A DNA stretch of 64,000 nucleotides from contig NW_024532772.1 of assembly GCF_016097555.1 (NCBI RefSeq), positions 3,754 to 67,753 of the forward strand, in the 5' to 3' direction. This stretch comes from Gigantopelta aegis. Lineage: Eukaryota. A model generated the notes under the pieces. That model saw nothing but the letters and a program-made list of their open reading frames with translations, was not told the origin of the DNA and ran no database searches. Shown one piece after another: positions 1 through 15,639 of the stretch. Position 1 is the stretch's first letter. Every line of letters begins with the position of its first letter. Both the position numbers and the translations under genes were made by a program.

Positions 1-870
1 ATGTGCTGTCCCTAAAGACTATAATTCATTATACGCCAGACCATATATTACAATATTGGCACAACACAAAAGCCATTTAGGTCTAACTGTTACAGTCATT
101 ATATAACATTAAACTAATAGCTGAAAATTACATATCATAAAATGATTATAGTGGAAAGCATTTGACCATATATGTCAAACTCACTGAATTCCATATTGTC
201 AAAGTTTTCCTGATTCTTCTATTTTCGGGCATGCATGAACATGTACCCTCTGAATTTTTAGAAGCACTTAGTATTCATTATTATTGTAGTCATGATGATG
301 TCCATTTAATTCCCTTATAACAGAGACATTACCATAAGGGAGCTTATTGCTCACAAAGGAGGAACGGGGATGCAACTGTCAATAAAATCCATTGTAACAT
401 TAGACAAACCATAGTAATTTTGCTCATGACCATATCTGAAAGTTTAAGTGTACACTTCTTACTGCCTATATGGAAAGTCCTTCATGAAACTATGGACTGC
501 TTACCATAATTACATTCACTATGACAATGCATTCTCATATTATTCATGAGGAATTGGTATCGCTATTCATATTACTACACAATGGCTAGGTACAGGCAGT
601 CTCCTACGTAGAAACTGTGGGAGTACATTGTTATGACACAACAACACTGGATACATGTAACTATATATATTTAACACACAAGACTACCACTACATATAAA
701 TAGGTCCTTCTACATAGCAATTGTAGTTGAAAGGCTTAAGCAGAGAGGTAATAGTTATATAAGACATTTCAGACTTTATGTTTAATTGTTCTCTAAGTAA
801 AATATTTGGACAATAATTACTGGTATTCATATTGAATATTATTAATTAAATTTCAATGTAGACATTATTT

Positions 871-892
871 GTGTGTGTGGTGTGTGTGTGTG
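871..892. repeat. (GT)n microsatellite
   Basis: gtgtgtgtggtgtgtgtgtgtg read directly. Confidence 0.9.
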
Positions 893-1690
893 ATTCCATA
901 CCATGTCAGCATTTGTGAACAAGAGCATTATTTTTATAATGGTATAAGATGATATAAACGTACATAGAAGTAATCAATAAACAAACGATGGACTTGTTTG
1001 GTAGAATCCATTTTAAATATGTCTAAATATAAAAAACAGTGTTGTTAAAACAAAACAAACATGATACAATTATTTCATAGTATTTTTACCATGTACATAC
1101 ACACCCACCTATCCACAGCTATGACAATGAAAAATCATTAAAATAATCATAACTTCATATTCTATTATCTTAATTTTATTTAACTATAATTATTTCAAAT
1201 ATTTTTACAAGATTTTGTGTTTCTCGTCATTAATTTGATATAATGACTTTTAAGGAGAATGCATATGCTTAATACATTAATTTATTGCAAACACATCAAT
1301 TACCAACTAACAATTGTTAATATGAAGAGCTCCTTTACTGCTATTAATACAACAAGGTAGGTTTCAAGTGAAAAATTAATTGAGGATATCTATCATTAAT
1401 TACAAATCTACAGTAACATAGCTGACCTTATCCTGAAAATACTGTGATAAATGACTTTAGTGGCTCTAAACACAAAGAAAAGAACCATACATCGATAGAT
1501 GAGGGCTACTCTCAAGGATTGAGGATGGGATTGTGGTGTAATTATAACTTGCCACGCCCCTAAGCCATAACATATTGAACTCGAGCTTCTTCCAGATCAG
1601 TTAGTATATAAGAATGGCTAAAAGTCACAGTTTGCATTCGAAGTGATTTGTAGATATACTAGTGAGTCCCACTTAATCAAGAAGTGTATT

Positions 1691-2701
<1,011 letters not shown>

Positions 2702-5700
2702 ATCATTTGTGGAAAATAACTGAGGTCAGTCTTAATTATGTTTAAGTCATGTCTTCATGTCGTCCTAAAGACTTTGAGCTATTGTTGTAACGTAATAGTT
2801 GTCGTTTTATTGTTTGCAAAGTAATTACTCTACTCTACTTTGATGAAACTCCTTTATTTTTTCTAATTAGTGAAAGCTAGTACTGAGTCCTGTTATTATT
2901 TTTGTTCTTTTCAATTTCAGGGAATTATTCTCAATACAAATGACAATGTTTGGAGAGAAATCTCATGTCATTTTGTTAGCAGGACAACATTTTTATCACT
3001 AATTAATGCAGTCTGGTTCTGATAAACATTAATGACACTACTTTTATAGGTAAGTTTGTAGATATAAAAAAAAAACAACAAAATACCAGTTAATAATAAA
3101 AGTGAGATAATTTAGAAGAGACAGTTGGTAAGAACCTAGTCAGTTTGGTGTGCCGGTTCTTTGGCTAGAGAGGAAAGGTCTGATTGCATGCTATACATCA
3201 AAGCTTGAAGTAATTAGTTAATTAATAACCTAATAAAGTTAGTATGTTATTTAAAATATGTGGGTGTGGCATTATCACACTAGTGAAGAATGTCAAACAG
3301 TAATGGAAAGACAATATTATAGCACAAAGTATTTTCTAAATGTTGTGTAAAGATGTATAAAAAAAACATCATTTTCTTAGTAAAAACTGCCTAATAACCA
3401 GGTTTTATTTGTCATTAAGATTGCTATAGTCCCAATTTGTCTAATTATTAGTTAATAACTAGCTATATATAGTCTTTCTTATATCTCATTCTCTTAATTG
3501 GTAAGGACACATATTTGTACAATATGTCTATAATTAACATTTCTGAGGACAATGTCGTTAAGACATAAAACAATCTAATGGGGCAACACTGAAATCTTTG
3601 GACTACGATCAGAAGTTGTAGCATTTTCTTCAGATATTTCCCTCCCCCTACGCAAAGCATCTGGTATCAAGACTACAAAGAACTCATGAAAAGGTTTAGT
3701 CTGACTCACAAAGCTTTTTCCATCTACAATGTACACCCAATTTAAGTTTATGGTATAACTGAAATCCACTAAACTACAGTCATTCTTAAGCCATACATTG
3801 AAAGACACCAATAATATATGTCATTTGATTATTTTTTTTTCTTTTAAAGATTATTGTGAACCAAATTATACTATTAGCTTATGAATGTGTTGATGGACGC
3901 TCTGTGTCAGAAACAGGTAAGCTAGTGTGAATAAAACATAGGGACACAACCATATTTTATTCTAACTCTAATCATTATACAGAGTGTATCTCTTTCTTCT
4001 CCCTTAGTTGTTATTATAAATGTCCTTCAGAATCACAAAAAATTTGTAGCTCTGATGACAAGACTTACTCAAACCCAGTGTGAATTAAAGAAACCAAAAC
4101 TGTATCAATATGACAAATATTGTTGTGAGACACAATGGAAACAGTCAAAGTAAAGCAAAACACTCATAAACTTCCTTTCATCATTCATACCATAGTTAAT
4201 TAACTCTGGACTGTATTATGTAATACATATTATATTGTCAAATCAGATTATTAATATTCATAAGAGATTTGTTTCATCTACCTTAGATTGCACAGAGTAT
4301 ACAGTTAAACTTTTCAAGAGAAGATCTGTTTTCCTAATGTTCGGACACCTGATGGTGCTGTCTTCTATTAGGAGATGGAAGTTCAAATACTATGATTTGA
4401 ACAATGATGGAAATTACAACACTCTGATCTTCTAACTGAAATATATAACTTGATAGGAACAAAATCTTTTCAAGTTCAAGTTGACAACTGTTTGTCTCTA
4501 AGAGCAATAACTCAGTCTCTAAACAAGAATGGGATAATTGTTTTACCATAGCACGGTATTAAAGTTAAACTTTAATACCAAAAATATAATATCAACGAAA
4601 TTATTACTTCCTTTTCTATTAATTGTATAGAATCTAATTCCAATAAAGAGAAGAAGACATATTGTTAAGAGGCTCAGACATAATGACTTAACGATTCAAT
4701 CCATTTAGAAGAATTCTATTTTGGTAATCCACTTTAAACACTTCTATTGTTTGGCATTTAAAGTTAAATAAACTTATATATTTTATTATGATTTAAAAAT
4801 TATTCAATATATTATATTATCCCTAAACATTTTACCACTTGACGCAATCTTTATTGTGTAAAGAGAAATGTTATTATTAAATACTTAATTATTAATTATT
4901 GCAACCTTTTTTCATTAATAATTCAAATTCTCATTTTAATTGAATTATTTTAATCAACATAATAATATTAATACCCAGATTTATAAAGACTCCCTCATTT
5001 GCAAGAAACATCTCTCCTTATGTGGACATTTTATGTTGATATAAAAGAAATAAACAGTACTAATAACTCATAGGAGTCATACTAGCATTGTTCATAATAT
5101 CTGAAAGAACCAAACAGACCTAAAGCCACTTCATTGTATGTACTACAATAGAAGTCTGTTCATGTTAATAATGTCATTATCTGTTTATTAAAAATGAAAT
5201 AGCATTTTCAATCATGACCTAAGATGTATCATCTTAGCAACCTATGCACCCACTCTCATGATGTAAATATCTGTTTAAAAGATGTGAAAGCAAATGATTT
5301 GAGTTGAATTGTGATAAGGGTTCATGTTAAAAATAGAAAATGACTATTCACTATACTCTCAAGTTCTTAATTCACTATTGCCATAGATAATACTGTACAT
5401 AAAATACTAAGAAAAGGATTGTAGTACATATAGTACATATTATAACTGTGATTATAGTAATAATTATTATTATTAATACACATACATGATACAGATTCTT
5501 AAAGTTACAAATACAAAATTATATACTAATATAATAGTAAGAATATGCCATTAACTGACCTACATTAGAAGCATAAACACATCATGTTATTAACTCTCAC
5601 AAGTCAAACAAATATGATGTCATACACCACTGATATTGCCATCATCCAATGATGTTACAAGTCCTCATTATATTAATTGAAGTGACTAATGTGAATATTA

Positions 5701-5789
5701 ATCAGAGTATCCTGATCCATTATTCAATATCAGGTTGCTATAACGACAGACCCAAACTGTTTGCTGATTGTGTGTTACATAACAATTCA

Positions 5790-6075
5790 TATTAGTATAA
5801 CTATATCATGTTACATAATTATGATATAAAAGGTAAGTGGTTACCAAGACAACAATATTAAGGTCATTGACATGATTATACATCATTACTCATTGATTCT
5901 CAGGTAAATTCTTGTCAATCCTACAAGGAACAGTATTAATAATACTGTATAAGAGCAATACTAAACAATATCACATTTCTAAAGAAACATATTTTGACAT
6001 GATTAACTTGCCACAGTCACCAAGGGTGGAGTACCAATATGTGTAGGACAATGATAACATTGTGTGTGATTATCA
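5790..6075. repeat. ~290 bp dispersed/direct repeat, copy 1 (copy 2 at 6482-6770)
   Basis: A near-identical 290 bp string (tagtataactatatcatgttacataattatgatataaaaggtaagtggttaccaag...) recurs about 690 bp downstream. Confidence 0.8.
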
Positions 6076-6481
6076 TGATACCACATACAGGTAATAATAA
6101 ATCGACTTACTGGTGATAAATTATTTACAATACATTAATTTATACTATAAGTCAGAAATATTTGCAGATAGATTGTATAATGGATAGTCATACAGCACCC
6201 CTGTATCTTAAGTCATATCTGGACACTCTTTAAACTCCGAAATAAAGGAAGTATAGTCATCTTCCAACTTTAAACAAATTCAAAATTGAAAAAATCATAT
6301 CCATGGTTCAATTAGATGCAAATTCTCACTGTATAGCTAGAGTCTAAAATAAACCCCTTATAAAGTATATTGATATTAGATAATCATATCACTATGACAG
6401 AAACCCATACCCCTCATTTATCAACAAATCGTAGTATAGAAGCAAACAAAGGGTTAATTTTAATGAGCGCCACACAACATA

Positions 6482-6770
6482 TAGTATAACCTATATCATG
6501 GTTACATAATTATGATATAAAAGGTAAGTGGTTACCAAGTACACCATATTAAGGTCATTGACATGATTATTACATCATTACTCATTGATTCTCAGGTAAA
6601 TTCTTGTCAATCCTACAAGGAACAGTATTATAACTACTGTATAGAGCAATACTAAACAATATCACATTTCTAAAGAAAACATATTTTGAACATGATTAAC
6701 TTTGCCACAGTCCACCAAGGGGGGCGTACCAATATGTGTAGGACAATGATAAACATTGTTTGTGTGATAC
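6482..6770. repeat. ~290 bp direct repeat, copy 2
   Basis: See copy 1. A few indels and substitutions separate the copies. Confidence 0.8.
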
Positions 6771-6959
6771 ATTGTATATGAACAATGATAATACAATAGT
6801 AATAATAATTACTTTAGTGGAATATTACTTGATAAATTAGGAGTTCAATACGTGTTTGATCTATAGTAACTTCAATAAAAGCAATTGAGTTGTTCTACTA
6901 AAAGGCAGTAGTGTCTTTAACACCTGAGTGTTCTAAGAGATACTCATCATATACAAGAT

Positions 6960-8747
6960 CTCATGGTAATTTGAAGTATCTCATCTGAAGAGTTATAAAT
7001 AAAAAGCACATTGGAAACATAAATATTACTAACAGTAGTACCAATATGTAGTCTTATTTACACGATAGAAGAATCCACTAGCTCAGAAAATGTGTGACTC
7101 TTTAGGGTGACTCAACTCATGGTGATACTTACTTAGTTATGTGAGAATGTTCCAATAAATACTCAGACAGTCCTCTTATTTGGAATAATCCTCACACTTC
7201 TTGAAGTAGGTGATCTAAATCCTAATAAAGGTACTGCCGTGACAGTCTGAATGAAACAGTAATATCCTCTTTATCGAAAACGACCAAAAGTATAATGGAC
7301 TAACCAGCTATTGTTTAGCTAGTGGTCAATATGGTTACTCTTTTGTCATTTAGCTTCCATGAAGGTCTCATCTAGGTAGCAGTGATAGGGAACAATCCTA
7401 ATTGTATTAGCTCCAATAAATAAGATGGTGTAGCAACTCTTATGGTAGCCAGTAAAAATGGTCAGATCCAGAGTGAGAGAATCGTTTGAATTATTACTAG
7501 AGTAAATGGTAGATATTATGTTTCCATAAAATGTCCAAGACAGAAATGGACTAACAAGCTATTTGTTTGGCTAGCCAGAATGGTCACACCTTCTGTTGTT
7601 TCTAGCTCCTTACTTAACAATGGAGCATGATCCTAATGATTAGGTTTTAGAGAAAAACATAATAAAGGTACAACACCTCTTTATGGTAGCCAGTGTAAAT
7701 GGTCATGGAGGATAACTTTAATGAATTACAACATTATTAGAGCTAATGGAATGTCCAATAAATACCCAAGATTGAAAATGGACTAACAGCTATTTGTTTG
7801 GCTAGCGAGATGGGTCACTCTTCGTTGTTTTTCTATACCTACTTACCAATGGAGCAGACCATAACTTAACTAGTAATGAAGGTGCAAACACTCTATATGG
7901 TACCCAGTCTAAATGGTCATGGTGATATTGTTTGAATTAATTATTGAGAAGAATGTTCCAATAAATACAGCAAGATGAAGAGGACTAACAGCTACTTATT
8001 TGGCTAGCGAGGAATGGTCACTCTTCTGTTGTTTCTATCTTACTTCACAACAGTGCAGACCCCCTAACCAGCTAATAACAATGGCTGGACACCTTAATTG
8101 CAGCAGCAAGTAGAAATGGTCAGTGGTGAGTGTTGTTAAGTTATTACTAGAGAAGAATGTTCTTATAAATACCCAAGACCAAAAATGGAGTGACAGCTAT
8201 TTATAATGCTAGCCATAGTGGTCACATCTTCTGTTGCTTCTATCTTATTAACAAAGGGGCTGATCCCAACTTAGTCAGGGGGGGGGGGGGGGACCAATGG
8301 GGGACACCTCTTTTAATAGCTTCTGGCTGGAGGACATAATGAAAGTTGTGAGAGAGTTTATTGAAGACTCAATTGCAAAGTTAATATTAAGTTATCAAAT
8401 TCCAACTGGTACTACAGCATTGTACTTCTCAAGTTATTTGGACATGAAAATATGTGTTAGACAGCTACTGGAAGGTGGTGCTGATCCACTTATAAGAGAC
8501 ATGTTTGGTCATTCACCTCTAGATATAGCTCATCAACAAAGTCATCATAACATTGCATACTACTACTTCGAGAAGCTATGGCTGTTTTACATGATGTAGA
8601 TTATCAAGAGTCATTAGCAGGTTCTATTGAGTCAGGTTATTGTACACCTAGTAGACTATCAACTGATATTTATCAATAGCATACTCTGATATTGCAAAAA
8701 TATCTGATTCTAGAAGAAGATGATGATGTATATATAGTGATAAATTA
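6960..8747 (+). pseudogene. Unit 1: decayed ankyrin-repeat array plus conserved C-terminal tail of the DD-ANK family. 5' part absent
   Basis: Degenerate ANK motifs (GHSSVVS, ADPN, TPLM, NTQ) are broken by frameshifts every 30-60 bp. The 8297-8599 ORF matches the family C-terminus (QIPTGTTALYFSSYL...LLEGGADPLIRDMFGHSPLDIAHQ). It is followed by DYQESLAGSIESGY and the acidic LEEDDD end. Confidence 0.7.
8278..8292. repeat. poly(G) 15-mer
   Basis: Read directly. Confidence 0.9.
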
Positions 8748-9197
8748 GAAAGATAAGATTTGACAAGCTAATAAGTACAAGAATTGATGTTCCTATATAA
8801 AGCATTCAGCAAAGCAATTTGTATCATGATCATGAAAGTCATAAGATTGTTTGTTAACCCTAATAATTACTATATGTTTTTAATGTATTTTCCTTTTTAG
8901 TGATAAAGTGACCTGAAAGAAGTTAAGAGATACAAAACAATAAACATGAACATACATTTTTGAGATTTTTGGTATATTAGATTTAAAATGATACTGATAG
9001 TATACCAATGTTGTACGTTTATACATTGTTATTAATTATAATACCCTTTATTATAAATGAATATGAAACTTATAGCCCTACAGTCTTTTGTAATGTATAG
9101 TACATTAAATCATGTTAATAAGAGTAGTATTATTTCTGCTACAGCTAACTAAAGTAATACAATTATTGTCTTGGTTTAAAGAAATGGTTTTATAATA

Positions 9198-9198
<1 letters not shown>

Positions 9199-9242
<44 letters not shown>
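9199..9242. repeat. poly(A) ~44-mer
   Basis: Read directly. Confidence 0.9.
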
Positions 9243-9244
<2 letters not shown>

Positions 9245-9464
9245 ATAACTATTTAAGAAGAGTACTATCATCATAAGAACTGCAAGAATTATGTAATGAA
9301 ATGTCAAGAAAATCTTCAAACAGAAAGCAAATGTTCACTAAAGGTTATAAAAATCAAAATTTCAAACAGTTATCTGTTAAACGGTTTTACATAATATTGT
9401 CATATTAAATATATATAGGGAAGTTGTGTTCAGTAACTTCTATGAAAAGTTCATATCTAATTAA

Positions 9465-10480
9465 TTAACCAATTCAACACTGGGTTGATCCCTAGCATAA
9501 GATGAATAACTGGATGGATAGAGAAGAGAATGGACAGGTAGAAGGATCAACTTGTTCTTAAGTGAAGTACATGTATATAGAGTATTGTTACTTACTTATA
9601 ATATGGTCGTCCTGGTAATCCTTCTGGTAAAATAAATGATCTCTCTATGTTCATTAGTTTATTGTTAAGTATTCTAACTATATTCTCACTACAATACAAA
9701 GACAAAGATATAGTTAATAACTACTGGTATATACTAACTTGTCTGTGTCAGCAAATTTAATATGAGTATCATAAAGATTGGTAACAGCTGTTGAAAAGTC
9801 AGTTAAAGTCACTTCAAAAAAACATGCAATTTGTAGCTTACATGAGTAAAATTATACTATGGAATCCAAAAGTCATGTACAAAATAAGTTGGTACATGTT
9901 ATATATATGCAATCAGCTAATGATTCAGTGAGTAGTTTGTACAAACTTTGCATACCACAGCAATTAATTCAGTCATCCATTACAAGTAGTTGGTTGAGAA
10001 TAACTAATTCAATTCTTATGAAAGTCAGTTAATTATGAGTGAAGGAAATCTGTAGAAAAATGACATTATCATTAATATGTAAACTTTTATTATCTCAATT
10101 TGGTTCAAAACCAAATTAATATATCAAGTGAGCTTATTATAAGGTATTATAGTATAGGGTTTCTGTAAAGTTTAATAATTCATTGTATTACAATAGTTGG
10201 GTGAAAATAACTCATTAATTCTTATAGGAGAGCAAGTTAAATATGAGTGAAGAAAATCTGTAGAAAAATGACATTAGCAATTAATACACAAACTTTTATT
10301 ATCTCAATTTATGTCAAAACGGTGTCTTTATAATCAGGTAGTAGTTGTTTCTGTAAAGTTAATGATTCCTTGACATTATTCTAAGTTTCAGACACATAAT
10401 CTTCTATTGGATGAGACTGACCATTAACAGTTATGCTAGCACACCATGAAGCAACTCCAGTCAGTAGAATTAATAAATTT
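9465..10480 (-). pseudogene. GCPII/NAALADase-like gene relic (3'-terminal exon and exon-1 fragments; middle deleted)
   Basis: 9598-9750 is near-identical to 28850-28990 and 48690-48830. Reverse complement encodes [31 protein letters not shown], which matches GCPII [29 protein letters not shown]. 10390-10480 matches the exon-1 region 51470-51560. Confidence 0.6.
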
Positions 10481-10971
10481 TGAGCATGTTATAATTACCT
10501 TATATGGACAATTATATTATAGAACTTGAAAGGCTTAAATTACATTCCTGTCATTGCTAGCCCCCTTCTTGTTGTTCAAAGTAAACAAGTAAATTACAAC
10601 TTAATATCTCACACTACAATATTCCTTTTGTCAGCTTTAAACAGTTTTATAAACAAAGCCACAAAGATCTGATTGACTAGTTGGACTCTATACTAGCCAT
10701 TTATGAACTGAACTCATTGGTAATAGTATATATTGTGAAACTATCTCATTGGTAATAGTAATTATTTACTGGATATATCTCTGTCAAATAAAAAAGTGTA
10801 GACTAGTGGGTCTATTTCCTATCAAAGACAGTTTTGATACAGTCCTAGGTAGTGACAAAAGTGACTCAGCATTATTCTCTTTAGAAAATTTTATTATTAT
10901 CAAACTACTACTTTTTTGACAGAATTGCAAAAAAATACATCTTATATCTAGAGACTATTAGTACTTACACA

Positions 10972-11570
10972 ATGTCTGATAATACAGTCCACCTACTCTT
11001 GATATACTGTGTGATGAACTGAGACAAGTAGTTGAATGGGATCAAGTAGCTGTGTCTCTCAAGTTGTCTTTTGTCGATATTGAAGATGTCAGAGGACGAT
11101 TTTGCAACAATAAACTAGTGCAAAATGCATTCTTTACAAAAAATGATTAAACAAACCAACACTGTATATTCATGGTGTACTGTAGTTAATGCACTAGAAA
11201 AAGTGAACCTATAGAGTTGCTGAGAACAAATATGCTACTATTATAGATCAAGTTTACTGTACAACATGAAGGAGGCAGGAACAAATAATGACCAACATCA
11301 ACCACCATTAAAAATCAATTGAAAATAAATGCAACTTGAAAAAAACATAGTTGAAGAAATAATTAACTTAGAGACAAATTTGCTATGCTCGTTTTCAAAA
11401 AACATAGACATTTCCATGAAAAGTTTTTTTTACCATTACTTTCGATACTTGAAAGAATGTGGAGTACATGACAAATCTTCACCAGATGAAGCCCAATGTA
11501 TCATTTCATTGGAATATTTAAGAACTAAAATAATATACCCCCACCCTATAGTCATGTCGCCATTCTAAAT
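10972..11570 (+). pseudogene. Unit 2: DD-like exon (type A) with a 1-bp deletion, plus a fragment of the middle region. Truncated
   Basis: ATGTCTGATAAT...CTGTGTGATGAACTGAGACAAGTAGTTGAATGGGATCAAGTAGCTGTG is the paralogue of the 17129 exon and is frameshifted. The 11329 ORF carries the SPDEAQCI motif of the middle region. Confidence 0.65.
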
Positions 11571-11619
11571 TGATCCCCCAGACCAATTTTGCCTCCTAAA
11601 AATGGTTCCAGAGACTACT

Positions 11620-12440
11620 TTCAGTCTATTCCTGACTCCATTACCTCAATATCTATTGTGGCATAGTGACTGTTAGCGTTCTTATCACCAGTCTATTCCT
11701 GACTCCATTAACCTCAATATCTATTGTGGCATAGTGACTGTTAGCGTTCTTATCACCAGTCTATTCCTGACTCCATTACCTCAATAGCTATTGTGGCATA
11801 GTGACTATTAGCGTTCTTATTACTAGTCTACTCCTAACTCCATTAACTCAATAGCTATTGTTGGTCATAGTGACTGTTATAACATTCGTTATCACCAGTC
11901 TACTCCTGACTCCATTACCTCAATATCTATTGTGGATAGTGATTGTTAGTGTTCTTATCATCAGTCTACTCTTACTCCATTACCTCATATCTATTGTGGC
12001 ATAGTGACTGTTAACATTCTATATGACCAATACTCCACACCTCATTATTTCGATATCTATTGTGACGTAGTGACTATTAGCGTTTTTATCACTAGTCTAC
12101 TCCTGACTCCATTACCTCAATATCTATTGTGGCATAGTGACTGTTAGCATTCTTATCACCAGTCTATTCCTGAGCTCCATTACCATAATATCTATTGTAG
12201 CATAGTGACTGTTAGCGTTCTTATAACTAGACTACTCCTGATTCCATTACCTTAATATCTATTGTGGCATAGTGACTGTAACATTCTTATTACCAGTACT
12301 CCACACTTCATTACTTCGATATCTACCTTGACATGGTGATTGTTAGCGTTCTTACTCCACCACTCATTACTTCAATATCTATTGTAAATTAGTGACTGTT
12401 AACATTCTTATCACTAGTACTCCACACTCCTGCATATGTA
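11620..12440. repeat. Minisatellite: ~67 bp unit x ~12 (cagtctattcctgactccattacctcaatatctattgtggcatagtgactgttagcgttcttatcac)
   Basis: Head-to-tail units read directly. Related arrays occur at 21910-22120, 31620-32165 and 37860-38050, always just upstream of a DD exon. Confidence 0.9.
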
Positions 12441-12710
12441 CGTGGTTTTTACCTCCATTGTTTAAAATATTAGACTAATAACTTCTCTTGTGTATCAGTT
12501 AAATTGTTTATGGCATACAAGTTACATCATTGAGTGTACACCATATTTCTAGTGAATAGACTAAACCCCATAGAGAATCTATACTCACTGAGGTATGTAA
12601 TACTAATCAATATTATATATGGTAATGTATAGCGTGTTTCATATTGTTATGACAATATTGCAATCATAAGATTTTATTGTCTTTTTTCTTATATCATTCT
12701 ATAGTACGCA

Positions 12711-15129
12711 ATGTCTGATAATATCAGTCCCACCTAATGTTAATCTTTTATGTCGTGAACTGGAAGAAATATCTGAATGGGAAAAACTTGCAGTCTATCT
12801 CAATTTACCTGCTCATATATTCATGATGCCAAAGAATGTTACCCCACATGGAGGTATTTGGGAGCGCTGTGAAAAAGCATTGTGTACCAAAAATGGCTAG
12901 ACACAAAACCAATACTGTACATTCATGGCATACTATAGCTGATGCAGTATAGTAGAAAAAAGTAAATCTGCAGTTGCTGGGAACATTAGACAAAGTATAC
13001 TACTATTCTATGGATCAAGTGCATGAGAGATTACCAAATGCACAGATGTGATTCTAGTCACAATAATGAAGATGATGATTCAAGATTCATTAGTACTCCA
13101 GTCTGTATACTTCCAACAAACATCATAGAAGCGATTGCTAATCTACTAGACAGACATTTGCCCAATTACTCGCAGAAACTCAGAAAGAATTTGAAAAGAG
13201 ACCAGATTTACTTACACAGCTTGATCGATACGTGAAAACATTAACAGGCATAACCACATTACCAGATGGAAACTGAAGCAACATACAAAAAACTGTTTGA
13301 TGCATGGATAATAATATAACATCAACTGGCATTACCTTAATTGTTTACTTTCTTCAAAAATAGTTGAAGTGTTTCTTTCTGACACAGAATTGCCTGGAAA
13401 AGTGCAGATATATCAAAAAGATGCAACTGCAATTCATGAAGTCAAAGAAACTAAAGATTTTGTAAAGGAGATATTGTCAAAAAAAAAAAAAATGGATCAA
13501 TTCTGCTGCAAGTTAGTATTGATAGCAAAGGAGCAGACACAATCTATCATCTCAAAACGCAATTCATGATACAGTTGCATCATCTTATTGAGGAATGTAA
13601 TGAAGAGTCTTATTATGACATCTTTGTAGAGTAGGGTAATGTATACCGTAACTGGAGTGTTTCAAAAAATGCAGAAGCCATGCTAAGACCAACTATGCTA
13701 TAATATGACATCATAACAACACTCTGCCTAGAGATAATGTCAATAGCAATGATATAACTCCAGTCCCATTCAACCTTTTAGTAATGGTGTTTTCTTTTCA
13801 ATTATTCGCGGATGTTTGCACAAATAAAAAATGAAACACAGACTATTTATATTGCATCCAGAATGGTCACTTTTTCTGTTGTTTCTTTTTGCACTAACAA
13901 TGGGGCAGAGCCCGTAACCTAGCTAATAATGAGGGGGGGATATGACACCCTTACTGATTGCTAGCCAAATGGTCATGATTAACGTTTTGAGTTATTACTA
14001 AATATGTTCCTGTAAATACTCAAAACAATGAATGACAGCCGTTTACATTCAAAGCAGATGGTCAACTTTTCGGTTGTTTCTTCTATCTTGCTTAAATGAG
14101 TCAGAGCCTACATAACTACAAATATGGACACCTCTTATTATAGCTAGTGAAAAATGGTATGGTGAGTCGTTGGAGTTATTACTAGAGAAGAACGTTCCTA
14201 ATACTCAAACACAAGAATGAAGAGCTTGGCAAGCCAACTGGCCTGTATTTTCTATCGTTGCTTAATGGAGCAAAGCCACCATAACTACAAATAAATGGCT
14301 GACACCTCGTATGATTCTAAGTCAAAATGGTCATGATAAACGTTGTTTGAGTTATTACTAAGAATAGAATGTTCCTGTAATATTCAAACACACAGTGGAA
14401 TGACAACCCAATTGCCACGCCAGAATGGGTCACTTCCTCTGTTTTTTTCTATCTTGCTTACACAATGAGCAGAGCCTAACTAACTAACCAATAATGGGCT
14501 GGACACCTCTTATTTATAGCCGTGAAAATGGTTATATTGATGTCATTGAATTGTTACTAGAGGAAACTATGTCCAAATAATACACAAGAGATAATATAGA
14601 ACAACAGCCTTTATAGGAATGCTAGCCAATAGTGTCATACTAGCTTCTGTCAGCTTCTATCCTTACTTAACAAGGGGCTACGCCCCATTTAGGCAGGACC
14701 AATGGGTGGACACTCTTTTAATAGCTTCTGCTGGAGGACATAATGAGTTGTGAGTGAGTTATTGAAGACTCAAGTTAATATTAACCATCAAATTCCAACT
14801 GGCAATACAGCATTGTACTTCTCAAGTTATTTTGGACATGAAAATATCGTTAGACAGCTACTGGGAAAGTGGTGCTGATCCACTTATAAGAGACATGTTT
14901 GGTCGTTCACCTTTCATCAACCAAAGATATAGCTCATCAACAAAAGTCATCATAACATTGCATTACTACTTCGAGAATCTATGGCTGTTTTATGTGACAT
15001 AGATTACCAAGAGTCATTAGCAGGTTCTTTTGAGTCAGGTTATACAGCTGGTGGACTATCAACTTATTACTCATCAGTAGGATACTCTGATATTGCACAA
15101 ATTTCTGATCTAGAAGAAGATGATGATTG
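12711..15129 (+). pseudogene. Unit 3: DD-like exon (type B), middle region, ~9 decayed ANK repeats, C-terminal tail
   Basis: MSDNISP-type exon at 12711. Middle-region ORFs at 13023 and 13369 (TELPGKVQIYQKD). ANK relics at 13800-14700. C-terminal block at 14700-15129 (QIPTGNTALYFSSY...DYQESLAGSFESGY...SDLEEDDD) with many frameshifts. Confidence 0.7.
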
Positions 15130-15639
15130 ATATATATTAATAGATTATCAAAGGTAAGATTTGGCAAAGTAATAAAAAGTATTCTTTTTTTTCCTTAATA
15201 GAATAGTGTTAGTTACATGGAAATTATATAAGAATTAATGTTCATATTATAACGCATTCAGCAAAGCAATTTGTATCATGATCATGAAAGTCATAAGATT
15301 ATTTGTTAACCTATAAATTACTATAATTTTAATGTATTTTCCTTTTTAGTAAAAAGTGACCTGAAAAAGAAGTTAGGAGATACAAAACAATAAACATGAA
15401 CATACATTTTTGAGATTTTTGGTAATTAGATTTAAAATGATAACTGATAGTATACAGTGTTGTACATTTATACATTGCTATTGATTATAATACCCTTTAT
15501 TATAAATGAATATGAAACTTATCCACTACAGTCTTTTGTAACGTTACAGTACATTAAATCATGTCAATAAGAGTAGTAATTATTTCTGCTACAGCTAATA
15601 AACCATTGTTCTTAAGGGAAGTAACATGTATATAGAGTA

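Noticed and set aside
3463-4549. Small ORFs of 65-78 aa in AT-rich DNA
   Set aside because: Low-complexity, overlapping on opposite strands, no homology recognisable and no splice context. Expected by chance in AT-rich sequence.
11620-12440. Possible CRISPR array (regular ~67 bp periodicity)
   Set aside because: Units are contiguous and near-identical, with no interspersed unique spacers. The context is eukaryotic, with introns and ANK/DD genes. It is a minisatellite.
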